Assembly: GCA_029551285.1 (NCBI GenBank)
Contig: JAKPFT010000014.1
Location: 14,847 to 78,846, forward strand
From: a bacterium
GTDB taxonomy: Bacteria; Ratteibacteria; UBA8468; B48-G9; DSTR01
Length of the DNA: 64,000 nt
Direction: 5' to 3'
Part shown: positions 28,647-38,321 of the stretch, in pieces
How the letters are laid out: each line of letters opens with the position of its first letter
How positions within the stretch are numbered: the stretch's first letter is position 1
Translations under genes and position numbers: made by a program
Notes under the pieces: model-generated
The model's database searches: none
Told to the model about the DNA's origin: nothing
Seen by the model: the letters and a program-made list of their open reading frames with translations, nothing else

Positions 28647-29906
28647 ATGGCACAGTTAGCGATTGAGGGCGGTCAACCAGTTTGCACTGAGAAGTTTCCG
28701 ATGTGGCCTTCTTTCTCTGAAAAGACCATCGCCAGCGTGGCCGAACCGCTGAAAACAGGAAGAGTTAACTACTGGACCGGTGAGCTGGGCGTAAAGTTTG
28801 AAGAAGCCTGGGCGAAATGGAATGGCGTACGTTATGCGGTGACTACGACCAACGGCACCAGCGCGCTGCACACCGCGGTAGCTGCCCTGGGCATCGGCCC
28901 GGGAGATGAAGTTATCTGTCCTTCATACTCCTTTATCGCCTCTTCCTTCTGTGTTCTTCAGGCAGGGGCGCTACCGGTTTTTGCCGACGTGGACGAGTCC
29001 CACACCCTGGACCCTGAAGACATTGAAGACAAAATCAACGAGCGGACCAGGGCTATTCTGGTGGTCCACCTTTACGGGGTGGTTGCGGATATGGACCCCA
29101 TCCTTTCTATCGCCAGAAAACACCGCCTTTTTGTTATTGAAGACTGCGCTCAGTGCTTTGGCGGCATCTACAAAGGGAAAAAGACAGGTACCATCGGCGA
29201 TATCGGCTGCTTCAGTTTCTGTCAGAGTAAACACTTTACCACCGGGGGTGAAGGCGGAGCCGTCATTACCGACAACGAGGCCCTCCACTGGGAGTGCAAG
29301 TCCTTTCGGGACCACGGCTACGATGTCCAGGAACGGCTTCGTCTCTTAGAACTGGAAGCAAAACTGACCTACATTCACCGCCGGGTAGGTTTTAATTACC
29401 GCATGACGGAGATTCAGTCTCTCATCGGTCTGTGCGAACTGGAACGGTTTGACACCTGGAACTTACCCAACCGGAGACGAAACGGCCGCTTCCTCAAGGA
29501 AGCCCTGAAAGACCACCCCTTAGTTCTTTATCCGCCGCTGGATACTCCAGAGCGGGAAAACGCTTACTGGTGGGCTCCTTTTGTCCTGGACGCAGACAGG
29601 CTTAAGGTTCCGGTGAAAAGGTTTGTCCAGGCGCTGGAAGCCGAGGGCGTTCCGGTCTACGGAGTGCAGTGGCCAGAGATGTACCGGGAAAAGGCTTTTG
29701 TGGAAAGAAACGGGTTCGGCCGGCTGAAGTATCCTTTCAATGACCCCAACGCACGGCGCATTGACTATACCAAATTTAACTGTCAGAAAGCCCAGTGGCT
29801 GGAGGCCCGAACCATGAACTTCTTCTGCCACCCTGTCTATGAACAGCGTCACATGGAGCTATATGTGGCAGCTTTTGAGAAGGTGGCGAAGGCTTACATG
29901 AAGTAA
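28647..29906 (+). CDS. DegT/DnrJ/EryC1/StrS-family PLP-dependent sugar aminotransferase/dehydratase
   Basis: DegT family resemblance by eye: WTGELGVKFEEAWAKWNGVRYAVTTTNGTSALH...SFCQSKHFTTGEGGAV. Start trimmed to ATG 28647 with RBS CAGGAGGGG. Confidence 0.8.
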   Translation: MAQLAIEGGQPVCTEKFPMWPSFSEKTIASVAEPLKTGRVNYWTGELGVKFEEAWAKWNGVRYAVTTTNGTSALHTAVAALGIGPGDEVICPSYSFIASSFCVLQAGALPVFADVDESHTLDPEDIEDKINERTRAILVVHLYGVVADMDPILSIARKHRLFVIEDCAQCFGGIYKGKKTGTIGDIGCFSFCQSKHFTTGGEGGAVITDNEALHWECKSFRDHGYDVQERLRLLELEAKLTYIHRRVGFNYRMTEIQSLIGLCELERFDTWNLPNRRRNGRFLKEALKDHPLVLYPPLDTPERENAYWWAPFVLDADRLKVPVKRFVQALEAEGVPVYGVQWPEMYREKAFVERNGFGRLKYPFNDPNARRIDYTKFNCQKAQWLEARTMNFFCHPVYEQRHMELYVAAFEKVAKAYMK

Positions 29907-29908
29907 GA

Positions 29909-30823
29909 CTAACTGGCCGTCGCTTTCCCCGAAAGAAGCGCCAGCTGACCTGCCAGAAACTTGATATGCTCCGGTCCGGTGCCACAGCAACCGCCAAGAA
30001 AACAGGCTCCGGCCGCGACAATCTTCAGGCAGTTTGAGGAAAACTCTTCCGGAGTTTCCGGATAAACTGTTTTCCCCTGTTGAAGAACTGGTAGGCCAGC
30101 ATTCGGTTTGAACCAGAGGGCCAGACTGGTAAGACGGCTGGTCTGGAGAGCAACTTCCACCATCTGAGAAGAGCCAAGACCACAGTTAAAGCCAAGGGCG
30201 GCCAAGTTTTCTTTCTCAGCCCAGGAAGCGAGTTCCCTTAAAGATTGCCCCATCATCGTGCGGTACTGCTTGCCGGCCTGGAGGGTGAAGGAAACAACCA
30301 GCGGTAAGGAAGAGACTTCTCTAACGGCCTGACAGGCCAGGGCGGCCTCCGCCACATCAGAAAAAGTCTCCAGAAGGAAAAAATCAACTCCCTCCTCAGA
30401 GAGAATTCTGGCCTGCTGACGGAAACAGGCCAGCAGCTTTTCCGGTCGGGCTGAACCAAAAGGTTCCAGCAACTCGCCGGCCGGGCCCATATCCCCCGCA
30501 ACAAGAATGTAGGGAGCCTTTTTCTTCACTCCCTTAGCCAGGGCCACCGCGGCAACATTGAGTCGTTCCAGTTCTCCAGCCAGCCCCTTCCGGCCAAGAG
30601 CGAGGTGGTTGGCTCCGAAGGTATTGGTGAGAATAATCCGGGCGCCGGCCGCCACATAATCCTGGTGCACCTTTTCCACCAGTTCCGGTCTGGTAAGACA
30701 GGCCAGTTCAGGTGTCAGGCCATTGAAACCGAGGCGGCTCAGATAGGTTCCGGTGGCGCCGTCAAGCAAAACCGGTTTTCTCCTGGCGAGAAAATCATCC
30801 AGACAATTAACTTTTTCTTTCAT
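29909..30823 (-). CDS. Homocysteine S-methyltransferase-domain (Zn/thiol methyltransferase) protein
   Basis: Pfam S-methyl_trans-like motifs LLDGATGTYL, TNTFGAN, GGCCGTGPEHI. Start trimmed to MKEKV (ATG 30823). Confidence 0.72.
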   Translation of the reverse strand: MKEKVNCLDDFLARRKPVLLDGATGTYLSRLGFNGLTPELACLTRPELVEKVHQDYVAAGARIILTNTFGANHLALGRKGLAGELERLNVAAVALAKGVKKKAPYILVAGDMGPAGELLEPFGSARPEKLLACFRQQARILSEEGVDFFLLETFSDVAEAALACQAVREVSSLPLVVSFTLQAGKQYRTMMGQSLRELASWAEKENLAALGFNCGLGSSQMVEVALQTSRLTSLALWFKPNAGLPVLQQGKTVYPETPEEFSSNCLKIVAAGACFLGGCCGTGPEHIKFLAGQLALLSGKATAS

Positions 30824-31686
30824 GGTTTTGTCTCTTTTCTGGTTAACCCCTGCAGAAAGCAATGGAAGGCGTGGCCGATGGTTTCGGGGTCGTAACCTCC
30901 TTCCAGAACAACAAAGGCTGGCCGGCCCAATTTACTCAATTGAAAACCAATACTTCTGTAATCGTTATCTTTCAAACACAACTCCAGCAGCGGGTCGCAC
31001 TCGTGGGTATCCAGACCCAGAGAAATACCAAGTATCTCGGGAGAAAACTTTGCCACCACTTTTAGAGCCCTGTCCAGGGTTGCCAGATATTTCTTGCCGC
31101 CGGTTCCTGGCGGCAGGGGAAAGTTATAACAGTTTTCAAAAGAGGAAAGCCCGGTCCCGGGATAAGCTGGAACTTGATGAAGAGAAACATAAATCACATT
31201 TTCCCGACCTCTCAGGATTTCCTCGGTGCCATTGCCGTGATGGCCGTCCAGGTCAATCACCGCCACCTTCCGGCCAGCCTGGCAGGCAGCCAGCGCCGCA
31301 ACCGCCATGTTGTTGAGGTAGCAAAAACCTCCCACCCGGCAACGACCTGCATGGTGGCCGGGCGGTCTGGCCAGAGAAAAAGCGGTCTGACCACCAGATG
31401 CTTCCTGCATCGCCTGTAAGGCGGAGCCGCAGGAAAGAACTGCATACCGGTAAATACCTGGCAGAGCAGGGCTGTCCCGCTCAAAAAACTTCTCCGACTT
31501 TAACAGGTTGAGGAACTCTGCCGAATGAGCCAACAGAAGAGTTTCTTCAGGACAGGCCCGGGGTTCTTCAAACTCTGCCCTGGCATGTCTGGCCAGGTGG
31601 TCAACAATCGCCTTCAGCCGGGCCGGTGCTTCTGGATGGCCGGGTTCGTAATATTCCAGAAACTTCTCCGAGTAAAAAAGTTTCAT
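30820..31686 (-). CDS. Histone deacetylase / acetoin-utilization (AcuC) family Zn-hydrolase
   Basis: HDAC motifs GFCYLNNMAVAA, VIDLDGHHGNGTEEI and GGGY near the C-terminus. Start trimmed to MKLFYSEKF. Confidence 0.8.
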   Translation of the reverse strand: MKLFYSEKFLEYYEPGHPEAPARLKAIVDHLARHARAEFEEPRACPEETLLLAHSAEFLNLLKSEKFFERDSPALPGIYRYAVLSCGSALQAMQEASGGQTAFSLARPPGHHAGRCRVGGFCYLNNMAVAALAACQAGRKVAVIDLDGHHGNGTEEILRGRENVIYVSLHQVPAYPGTGLSSFENCYNFPLPPGTGGKKYLATLDRALKVVAKFSPEILGISLGLDTHECDPLLELCLKDNDYRSIGFQLSKLGRPAFVVLEGGYDPETIGHAFHCFLQGLTRKETKP

Positions 31687-31790
31687 CTTTTCCCCAGATT
31701 TTACCATGCCTGAACTCTCTTCTGAAGCCGGCAATTGTTCCTCCATCTGGCCTGCTTTCTTGCGGCGGGGTAAAATAAGAGCAGGAAAAG

Positions 31791-32795
31791 GTGAAACCAA
31801 AAGAGAGCTTTCTCAGAGCCCTGCACCGGGAGAAGACGGCCAGGCCAGCGACCGGTAGCGCAACCTCTGTGGTTACCACCGACCTGATGGAGCAAACCGG
31901 TATTTTCTTTCCCCGGGCCCATCTTGACGCAGAATTAATGGCTGGCCTGGCGGCCGCTGGTTACGAGAAACTTGGCTTTGACAACGTCATGCCACTTTTC
32001 TCTGTCTGCCATGAATCAGCGGCCTTAGGGTGCCAGGTGGACTGGGGCAGTCCCCACCAGATGCCGGTCTGCCGAAACAAACTGGCCAAACCCGGGGACG
32101 AAATTGTCATCCCCGGGGACTTCCTGGCCAGGCCAGAATGCCAGGTGCCCCTGAAAGCCCTGAGAATTCTGCGGCAACGCTATGGAGAGGAGGTGGCTAT
32201 CGTGGGAAAGGTTTTCGGACCCTGGACCCTGAGCTATCATCTCTTCGGCGTGCAGGAATTCCTGATGGCTACCCTCCTTGAACCCGACGCTGTTTTCCGG
32301 GCAATTGACCAGTTAAAAAGGGTCACTCTGACTTTTGCCCTGGCCCAGATAGAGGCTGGCGCTGACGCTCTCTGCCTGGCTGACCACGCCACTTCGGACC
32401 TCTGCTCACCCCGGGCCTACCGGAAATTCCTTCAGCCAGTCCATCAAGAATTACGGGAAAAAATACCCTGTCCCCTGATTCTCCACATCTGCGGCGACAC
32501 TTCCGACCGGATTCCCATCATCAGCCAGACAGGCATCAGTTGCTTTCATTTTGATTCCGCAGTAGCAGCCCGGCGGGCCAGAGAACTGGCCGGTCCAGAC
32601 CTGTCCCTGATGGGCGGCACCAGTAACCTTGAGATTATTAGAAAGGGCAGCCCGGAAATGATTGTTGAGGAAGTCAGAGAAAAGGTGGCAGCAGGCATTG
32701 ACATCATCGGCCCTGAATGTGCCGTGCCCCTGGACAGCCCTTCGGAAAATCTGGCGCTGCTGGCCAGGACAGTGAAAAGCCTTCCGGAAAAATAA
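31791..32795 (+). CDS. Uroporphyrinogen-decarboxylase-family (MtaA/CmuA-like) methyltransferase
   Basis: N-terminus resembles MtaA (ESFLRALHREKTARPATGSATSVVTTDLMEQTG...) and continues PLFSVCHESAALGCQVDWGSP. About 334 aa, typical (beta/alpha)8 size. Confidence 0.65.
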   Translation: MKPKESFLRALHREKTARPATGSATSVVTTDLMEQTGIFFPRAHLDAELMAGLAAAGYEKLGFDNVMPLFSVCHESAALGCQVDWGSPHQMPVCRNKLAKPGDEIVIPGDFLARPECQVPLKALRILRQRYGEEVAIVGKVFGPWTLSYHLFGVQEFLMATLLEPDAVFRAIDQLKRVTLTFALAQIEAGADALCLADHATSDLCSPRAYRKFLQPVHQELREKIPCPLILHICGDTSDRIPIISQTGISCFHFDSAVAARRARELAGPDLSLMGGTSNLEIIRKGSPEMIVEEVREKVAAGIDIIGPECAVPLDSPSENLALLARTVKSLPEK

Positions 32796-32886
32796 AGTCT
32801 GTTTTACCCCGGAAGTCAGAGATGATAAACTGCTGCCAAATGGGAAACGTCCAAGAAGTGAAAAAGATCGGTCCAGGAGGTAAGCC

Positions 32887-34320
32887 ATGCGCCGGCTCTT
32901 CGCCTTTCTGATGGTGACGGTGCTGTTCTGGTCATTTTCCGGGCAGGCCTGGGAATGCGGGCAGGCGCCGCCAACCCAGTCTCCCCAGAGACGTAAGGCC
33001 GGGGAGGCCTTTCCACCCCTGCCCTTACCCGCCACTCCCTTGCGCCGTTCGGAGAAGAAAAACCCTCCGGCACCGCCGGTGCTGGTCGGCAAGGTAATTT
33101 GCGGTACCAACGAGTCCTGGACCCGCGCGGAAAACGATGTGGATAATCTTCTCAAAGTAGCCTCCAGTCAGTTATCCTTAATTTATCGTGCTATCAGGAT
33201 TGACCTTAACTCCTTTTCCTTTGACCCTGACGAAATCCCTATCCTTTACATCACCTCGGTGGAGCCTTTTACCCCTGAGGAGAAAGTTTTGCCTAAACTG
33301 AAGAGTTACCTGGAGCAGGGCGGTTTCCTCTGGGTGAACGCTTCCTCAGGCAGTCCCGCTCTTACAGAAGCCACAACCAGATGGTTGGCCAGACTTTTCC
33401 CGGAGCGCAACCTTTATCCCATCTATGCCAACCACCCTCTCAAAACCTGCTGCCACACCTTAGACCGGGTCAAAATAATGGCTGACGGCCAGGAAGGTGA
33501 AAACCAGTTGCAACTGAGGGTGCTCAACTTAGGCTGCCGGGCCGCGGTCATTCTCTCCCCTTATGACCTGGGCTGCGGCTGGGCAATGCACACACATCCC
33601 TTCGGAACCAGATACCTGCCGGCGGACGCGCTCAACATCGGGCTGAATATGCTGACTTACTGCCTGGCCTGGATTGAAGCCGGAAAGTTTTATGGTTCCA
33701 CACCACTCTATGTGGAACCGGTCAAGAAAAAGAGCGGAAAAATTTATCTGGGTCAGGTCATCCACTCTGGAGATTGGGACCCGCATCCAGCAGCCCTGGG
33801 CAGAATTTTGAGACAGTTAGGTGAACAGACCGGCGCTTCCGTCTATCTGGAACGGCTTACCGTGGACCTGAAAAAAGATGACTTAAAGGATGTGCCGGTG
33901 CTGTATCTCACCGGCCATTTTGACCCGCGTTTTTCCCCGGAAGAAATCAGGAAAATGAAGTCCTTCCTTCAGTCAGGCGGGACGCTGCTGGTGGATAGTT
34001 GCTGTGGCAGCCAGGAATTCACCGACGCCTTTTACCAGCTGGTAAGGGAACTGTTGCCCCAGGGGAAAAAGGTTGTCTGGAAACAGGATAGCCCGGTGTA
34101 CCAGTTTCCCCTGAAGATTGACCATTTCCTCTACCTGGTTCCTGTGGAGCGGCCGCCACTGGAAGCCTATCTGGTTGGCGGACTGCCGGCCATTGTCTTT
34201 TCTCCCTGCGGCCTGGGAAGTGGCTGGGAAGGGATTGCCCGGCCATTCACCCCGACACTGGTACCTAACCAGGCCAGAGAAATCGGAATCAACCTGCTCA
34301 CCTACCTCATGAACCACTGA
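32887..34320 (+). CDS. Secreted protein with two tandem DUF4159-like (class I GATase/ThuA-like) domains
   Basis: Signal peptide MRRLFAFLMVTVLFWSFSGQA. Two repeated modules contain ...ILYITS...LKSYLEQGGFLWVN... and ...VLYLTGHFDP...MKSFLQSGGTLLVDSCCG.... Confidence 0.6.
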   Translation: MRRLFAFLMVTVLFWSFSGQAWECGQAPPTQSPQRRKAGEAFPPLPLPATPLRRSEKKNPPAPPVLVGKVICGTNESWTRAENDVDNLLKVASSQLSLIYRAIRIDLNSFSFDPDEIPILYITSVEPFTPEEKVLPKLKSYLEQGGFLWVNASSGSPALTEATTRWLARLFPERNLYPIYANHPLKTCCHTLDRVKIMADGQEGENQLQLRVLNLGCRAAVILSPYDLGCGWAMHTHPFGTRYLPADALNIGLNMLTYCLAWIEAGKFYGSTPLYVEPVKKKSGKIYLGQVIHSGDWDPHPAALGRILRQLGEQTGASVYLERLTVDLKKDDLKDVPVLYLTGHFDPRFSPEEIRKMKSFLQSGGTLLVDSCCGSQEFTDAFYQLVRELLPQGKKVVWKQDSPVYQFPLKIDHFLYLVPVERPPLEAYLVGGLPAIVFSPCGLGSGWEGIARPFTPTLVPNQAREIGINLLTYLMNH

Positions 34321-34330
34321 AAAACTGCCC

Positions 34331-35323
34331 ATGACTGATGATCTGAAGTTGTTAGAGGAACTTCAGGAAGCCAGACAGAAAATTTTGCAGGAAGTCCACC
34401 GGGTGGTTGTCGGCCAGGAAGAAATTATTGAAGGACTTCTGGTCGGCCTATTTTCCGGAGGCCACTGCTTATTAATCGGGGTACCCGGACTGGCCAAGAC
34501 CCTGATGGTTAGAACCCTGGCCAGAGCGCTTGACCTGACCTTCAAGAGAATTCAGTTTACTCCGGACCTGATGCCCTCGGACATTACCGGCACTGAAGTG
34601 ATTCAGCAGGACGCTTCTTCTTTTGAACGGAGTTTCAAGTTTGTGCCAGGACCAATCTTTGCTAATCTGGTACTGGCTGACGAGATCAACCGGGCGCCTC
34701 CCAAAACCCAGGCTGCCCTTCTGGAGTCAATGCAGGAGTACCAGGTGACTGCCGGCGGGGTCCGTTATCCGTTGCCGTTGCCCTTCCTGGTGCTGGCGAC
34801 TCAAAATCCGATTGAGCTGGAAGGAACCTACCCGTTGCCGGAAGCCCAGCTGGACCGGTTCATGTTCAGCATCTACCTCAATTATCCGGCCACCGAGGAG
34901 GAAAAAAAGATAGCGGAATTAACCGGTGCCGACATAGAGGTGGAAGTGGCCAGGATTTTGAACGCCGAAAAAATTTTGACCTACCAGGCGCTGGTGAAAA
35001 GAATTCCCGTCTCGGAGCATGTGGTGGATTTTGCTGTAAGATTGGCCAGAGCCACCAGGCCGGGTCAGGACGGTGCTCCTGATTTCGTCAAAGACTTCGT
35101 TTCCTGGGGAGCTGGTCCCCGCGCCTCCCAGTACCTGGTTCTTGGCGCCAGAGCCAGAGCCGCCCTGCGCGGGGACGTAAACGTTTCCACGGCCGATGTC
35201 AAAGAAGTGGCATCCTCAGTGCTGCGACACCGTATTTTTACCAATTTCAACGCTGACGCGGAAGGTATTGACGCGGCCAAAATTGTCCAGAGATTGCTGC
35301 AAACAGTTCCGGAAATTCCCTGA
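34331..35323 (+). CDS. MoxR-family AAA+ ATPase
   Basis: Walker A LLIGVPGLAKT, Walker B LVLADEINRAPPKTQAALLE, and an AAA_3-type C-terminus. Confidence 0.9.
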   Translation: MTDDLKLLEELQEARQKILQEVHRVVVGQEEIIEGLLVGLFSGGHCLLIGVPGLAKTLMVRTLARALDLTFKRIQFTPDLMPSDITGTEVIQQDASSFERSFKFVPGPIFANLVLADEINRAPPKTQAALLESMQEYQVTAGGVRYPLPLPFLVLATQNPIELEGTYPLPEAQLDRFMFSIYLNYPATEEEKKIAELTGADIEVEVARILNAEKILTYQALVKRIPVSEHVVDFAVRLARATRPGQDGAPDFVKDFVSWGAGPRASQYLVLGARARAALRGDVNVSTADVKEVASSVLRHRIFTNFNADAEGIDAAKIVQRLLQTVPEIP

Positions 35324-35340
35324 GTGAGACTGGTTTTTCC

Positions 35341-36243
35341 ATGAGCAGCGGCCAGCAGTCATCTCGCCTTCTCGATCCGAAAGTACTGAGCAAGCTTTCC
35401 GGTCTGTATCTGGTAGCCAAAACAGTGGTGGAAGGTTTTATCAGTGGCCTCCATCGCAGCCTCTACCGGGGCTTCAGTGTGGAGTTTGCCGGACATCGCG
35501 AGTACGTTGCCGGCGACGACCTCCGGTATCTGGACTGGAAAGTATTTGGTCGAACTGACCGCACCTACATCAGGGTTTTCCGGGAAGAAACTAATGTCAA
35601 AACCCACCTTCTTCTGGATATCAGCCGGTCCATGGAATACAGCAGTGGTCCGGTGAGTAAAAAACAGTATGCCATCTGGCTGGCGGCCTGTCTCAGTTAC
35701 CTGATGATCAGCCAGAAGGATGCGGTCGGTCTGGTGGTCTTTGACACCGACATCCGACGGCTGGTCAAACCGGCTTCCACCACCAGCCATCTGCACCATC
35801 TGCTGAGTAACTTAGAGCATCTCCCCGGGGGCACAACCACTTCTCTTTCTTCAGTTCTTCACCTGATTGCCTCCAACATCAAACGGCGCAGTCTGATCAT
35901 CCTCATCTCTGATTTGCTTGATGAACCGGAAGAAGTTATTCGCGGCCTGGTTCACTTCCGTCACCATCACCATGAAATCATTGTTTTCCATATTCTGGAC
36001 CCCGCTGAACTTGAGTTTTCCTTTACAGGCCAGTTCCAGTTTCTGGACATGGAAACAGGCGAACGACTGGATGGAGATGGCCTGGCTCTCCGGGCCGGTT
36101 ATCAAAAGGCAATGGCTAACTTCCTGCATCGTTATCAAAAACAGTGTGCGGCCAACAACATCAGTTACGCCCGGGCTATCACCCGGACACCTTTTGACTA
36201 CTTTCTCTACCAGTATCTCAGCCTGCGGGCCAGGACCTTTTAA
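35341..36243 (+). CDS. DUF58 (VWA-like) protein, the usual MoxR partner
   Basis: Typical DUF58 core (EFAGHREYVAGDDLRYLDWKVFGRTDRTYIRVFREE...LLLDISRSMEY). Immediately downstream of MoxR. Confidence 0.8.
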   Translation: MSSGQQSSRLLDPKVLSKLSGLYLVAKTVVEGFISGLHRSLYRGFSVEFAGHREYVAGDDLRYLDWKVFGRTDRTYIRVFREETNVKTHLLLDISRSMEYSSGPVSKKQYAIWLAACLSYLMISQKDAVGLVVFDTDIRRLVKPASTTSHLHHLLSNLEHLPGGTTTSLSSVLHLIASNIKRRSLIILISDLLDEPEEVIRGLVHFRHHHHEIIVFHILDPAELEFSFTGQFQFLDMETGERLDGDGLALRAGYQKAMANFLHRYQKQCAANNISYARAITRTPFDYFLYQYLSLRARTF

Positions 36244-36287
36244 GTAAGAAGGGACAACTATCTGAAATGAAGGAGCACACTTAAGAG

Positions 36288-38321
36288 ATGAACTTTCTGC
36301 AACCTGTTTTTTTGTGGGCGCTGGCCGGTGCCGGACTGCCGGTGCTACTTCATTTTCTGGCCCGGAAGAAGGCTAAACCTTTTCCCTTCAGCACGCTGCG
36401 TTTTCTCAAAATATCTCAGTTGACCACCGGCCGTCTGCGGAAACTGGAGGAGTTTCTAATCCTTCTCCTGCGGGTGCTGGTAATGATGCTGCTGGTGCTG
36501 GTTCTGGCTGGTCCTGTCAGTCGTCGGGCCATCGGTTTTCTTCAGGAACAACTGGTAGTCCTGGTGCTGGATGATTCTTACAGTCTCAGGGCTGGAGAAC
36601 CGGCCTCACCCTGGCAACAAACCCGACAGGCCGCCTTAACCGTTCTGGCTTCGTTAAGAAAGCCGGCGAGGGTTGCCCTTATCTTTACCTCAGGCAGGAC
36701 CACCGGCCTGACCAGAAATCTGGAAGAGGTCGGCCAGACCATTAGAGACAGCCAGGCGACCTTTTCTTCCGGACATCTCCAGACAGCATTAGAACAGGCC
36801 CAGAAAATACTGGCCCGGCGCACCGGCTCCAGAATCCTTTTCGTCTTTTCCGACCTGCAGCGGTATGCCTGGAAGGACCTTTCTTTGCCGGAAGCCGGCC
36901 GGGAAGGTATCAGCGTCGTGGTCGTGGATACTGGCCAGAAAGAGACAAACAATGTCGGCCTGAAAGGTTTAACCTTGCTGCCGGCTCAAGGGTTGTGTCA
37001 GGCTGAGGTGGTCAACTGGAATCAATCTCCCGTAACAGTGGAAATCCAGCTGCAGGCTGGCCAGGTGGAGAAGAAAAGCCTCACACTTCCGGCCAGGGAA
37101 AGTCAGACGGTTCAGTTCAAATTGTCCCGCTCCCCGGGCACCCTCAGAGTGCAACTGATTCGTCCTGACCTGCTGCCGGAAGATAACACCTATGTTCTTC
37201 ACCTGGCACCGGGTGAAAATAACCGTTTTCTCCTGGTTACCGGCAAGCAGGAATCATCCTTCTATCTGGAAACGGCTTTAGCCGCCTTTACTGCACCGGC
37301 TCAGCTTCAGGTTGTCAGTGTTGACTCCCTTACCCGAATCTCCCTGAGTGATTACCAGATGGTTTTCCTGTGCAATACCGGCCGGTGGCAACCGGAGGCT
37401 GTTCGGTCGCTCGCCGACTATCTCCGCGAAGGCGGTCAGTTGATTGTGTTTGCCGGAGAAAAAGACCTCCCGGAAAATTTTAATTCCGACTGGGAACTGC
37501 GTGAAGAAAAAACCTTTTTGATGCCGGCGAGGCTGGAGGAACTGGTCACCTTTTCCAGACCGGCCGGGGTTATCTGGGGAGAGAACCGACATCCTTTCTT
37601 TGCCCCGTTCGGCGACCGGCTCTTAGAGTATTTGAAAACAGTCACTTTCCACCAGGTTTTCCGCAGCACGGTCCTGGACGGAAATGTTCTGCTGAAACTT
37701 GACCGGGGGCTGCCCCTGCTGCTTGAAGGTCATTATGGAGCCGGCAGTATCATTCTCTGCCCCTTTCTTCCTGACCCGGCCTGGACCAACCTGCCGCGAC
37801 GACCTTTTTTCCCGGTGCTGGTGGAAATCATGATGCAAACTCTAACTTCCGGAGCCAGCCCGGTGGTTTTTCCCGGTCAGGCTATTCAGGCCCCTGCTGG
37901 CACCGAATCACTTCAGGCAGTATCTCCGGACGGACTGGCCGAAACAGTTTCCGCTTCCGGGGGTGCACCCATAAAGTTTTTCCCGGAAAAACCAGGCATC
38001 TGGCAATTTTCTTTCTTCCGTCAGGGCACCACCCGCACCAGAACAGTGGCCGTTAACCTTGACTGGAGAGAAGGTGATCTGACCAGACAGGAGCCAGCCA
38101 GCCTGCGGGAGTGTTTTCCCGGGGCCAGAGTCAAACTTATCCAGGCGGGAAACTTAGAGCGGTATCTTACCGGAGAGGTAACCTCCGGTGACCTTTCCCC
38201 GGTGATGCTGGCACTCCTGCTGATTCTTTTTCTTCTCCAGGTAGCGGCCAGTAACTTTCTCCATCAGAAGAAAGACCGGCAGGAACCATTGGTTTCATCC
38301 TTCCACGGAGGTAGCCAGTGA
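36288..38321 (+). CDS. BatA-N (aerotolerance-regulator N-terminal) domain membrane protein with degenerate VWA and GATase-like middle region, plus C-terminal TM
   Basis: N-terminus MNFLQPVFLWALAGAGLPVLLHFLARKKA...STLRFLK matches the BatA_N pattern. DDSYS (DxSxS) is a VWA-like MIDAS. C-terminal TM is VMLALLLILFLLQVAA. Confidence 0.65.
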   Translation: MNFLQPVFLWALAGAGLPVLLHFLARKKAKPFPFSTLRFLKISQLTTGRLRKLEEFLILLLRVLVMMLLVLVLAGPVSRRAIGFLQEQLVVLVLDDSYSLRAGEPASPWQQTRQAALTVLASLRKPARVALIFTSGRTTGLTRNLEEVGQTIRDSQATFSSGHLQTALEQAQKILARRTGSRILFVFSDLQRYAWKDLSLPEAGREGISVVVVDTGQKETNNVGLKGLTLLPAQGLCQAEVVNWNQSPVTVEIQLQAGQVEKKSLTLPARESQTVQFKLSRSPGTLRVQLIRPDLLPEDNTYVLHLAPGENNRFLLVTGKQESSFYLETALAAFTAPAQLQVVSVDSLTRISLSDYQMVFLCNTGRWQPEAVRSLADYLREGGQLIVFAGEKDLPENFNSDWELREEKTFLMPARLEELVTFSRPAGVIWGENRHPFFAPFGDRLLEYLKTVTFHQVFRSTVLDGNVLLKLDRGLPLLLEGHYGAGSIILCPFLPDPAWTNLPRRPFFPVLVEIMMQTLTSGASPVVFPGQAIQAPAGTESLQAVSPDGLAETVSASGGAPIKFFPEKPGIWQFSFFRQGTTRTRTVAVNLDWREGDLTRQEPASLRECFPGARVKLIQAGNLERYLTGEVTSGDLSPVMLALLLILFLLQVAASNFLHQKKDRQEPLVSSFHGGSQ

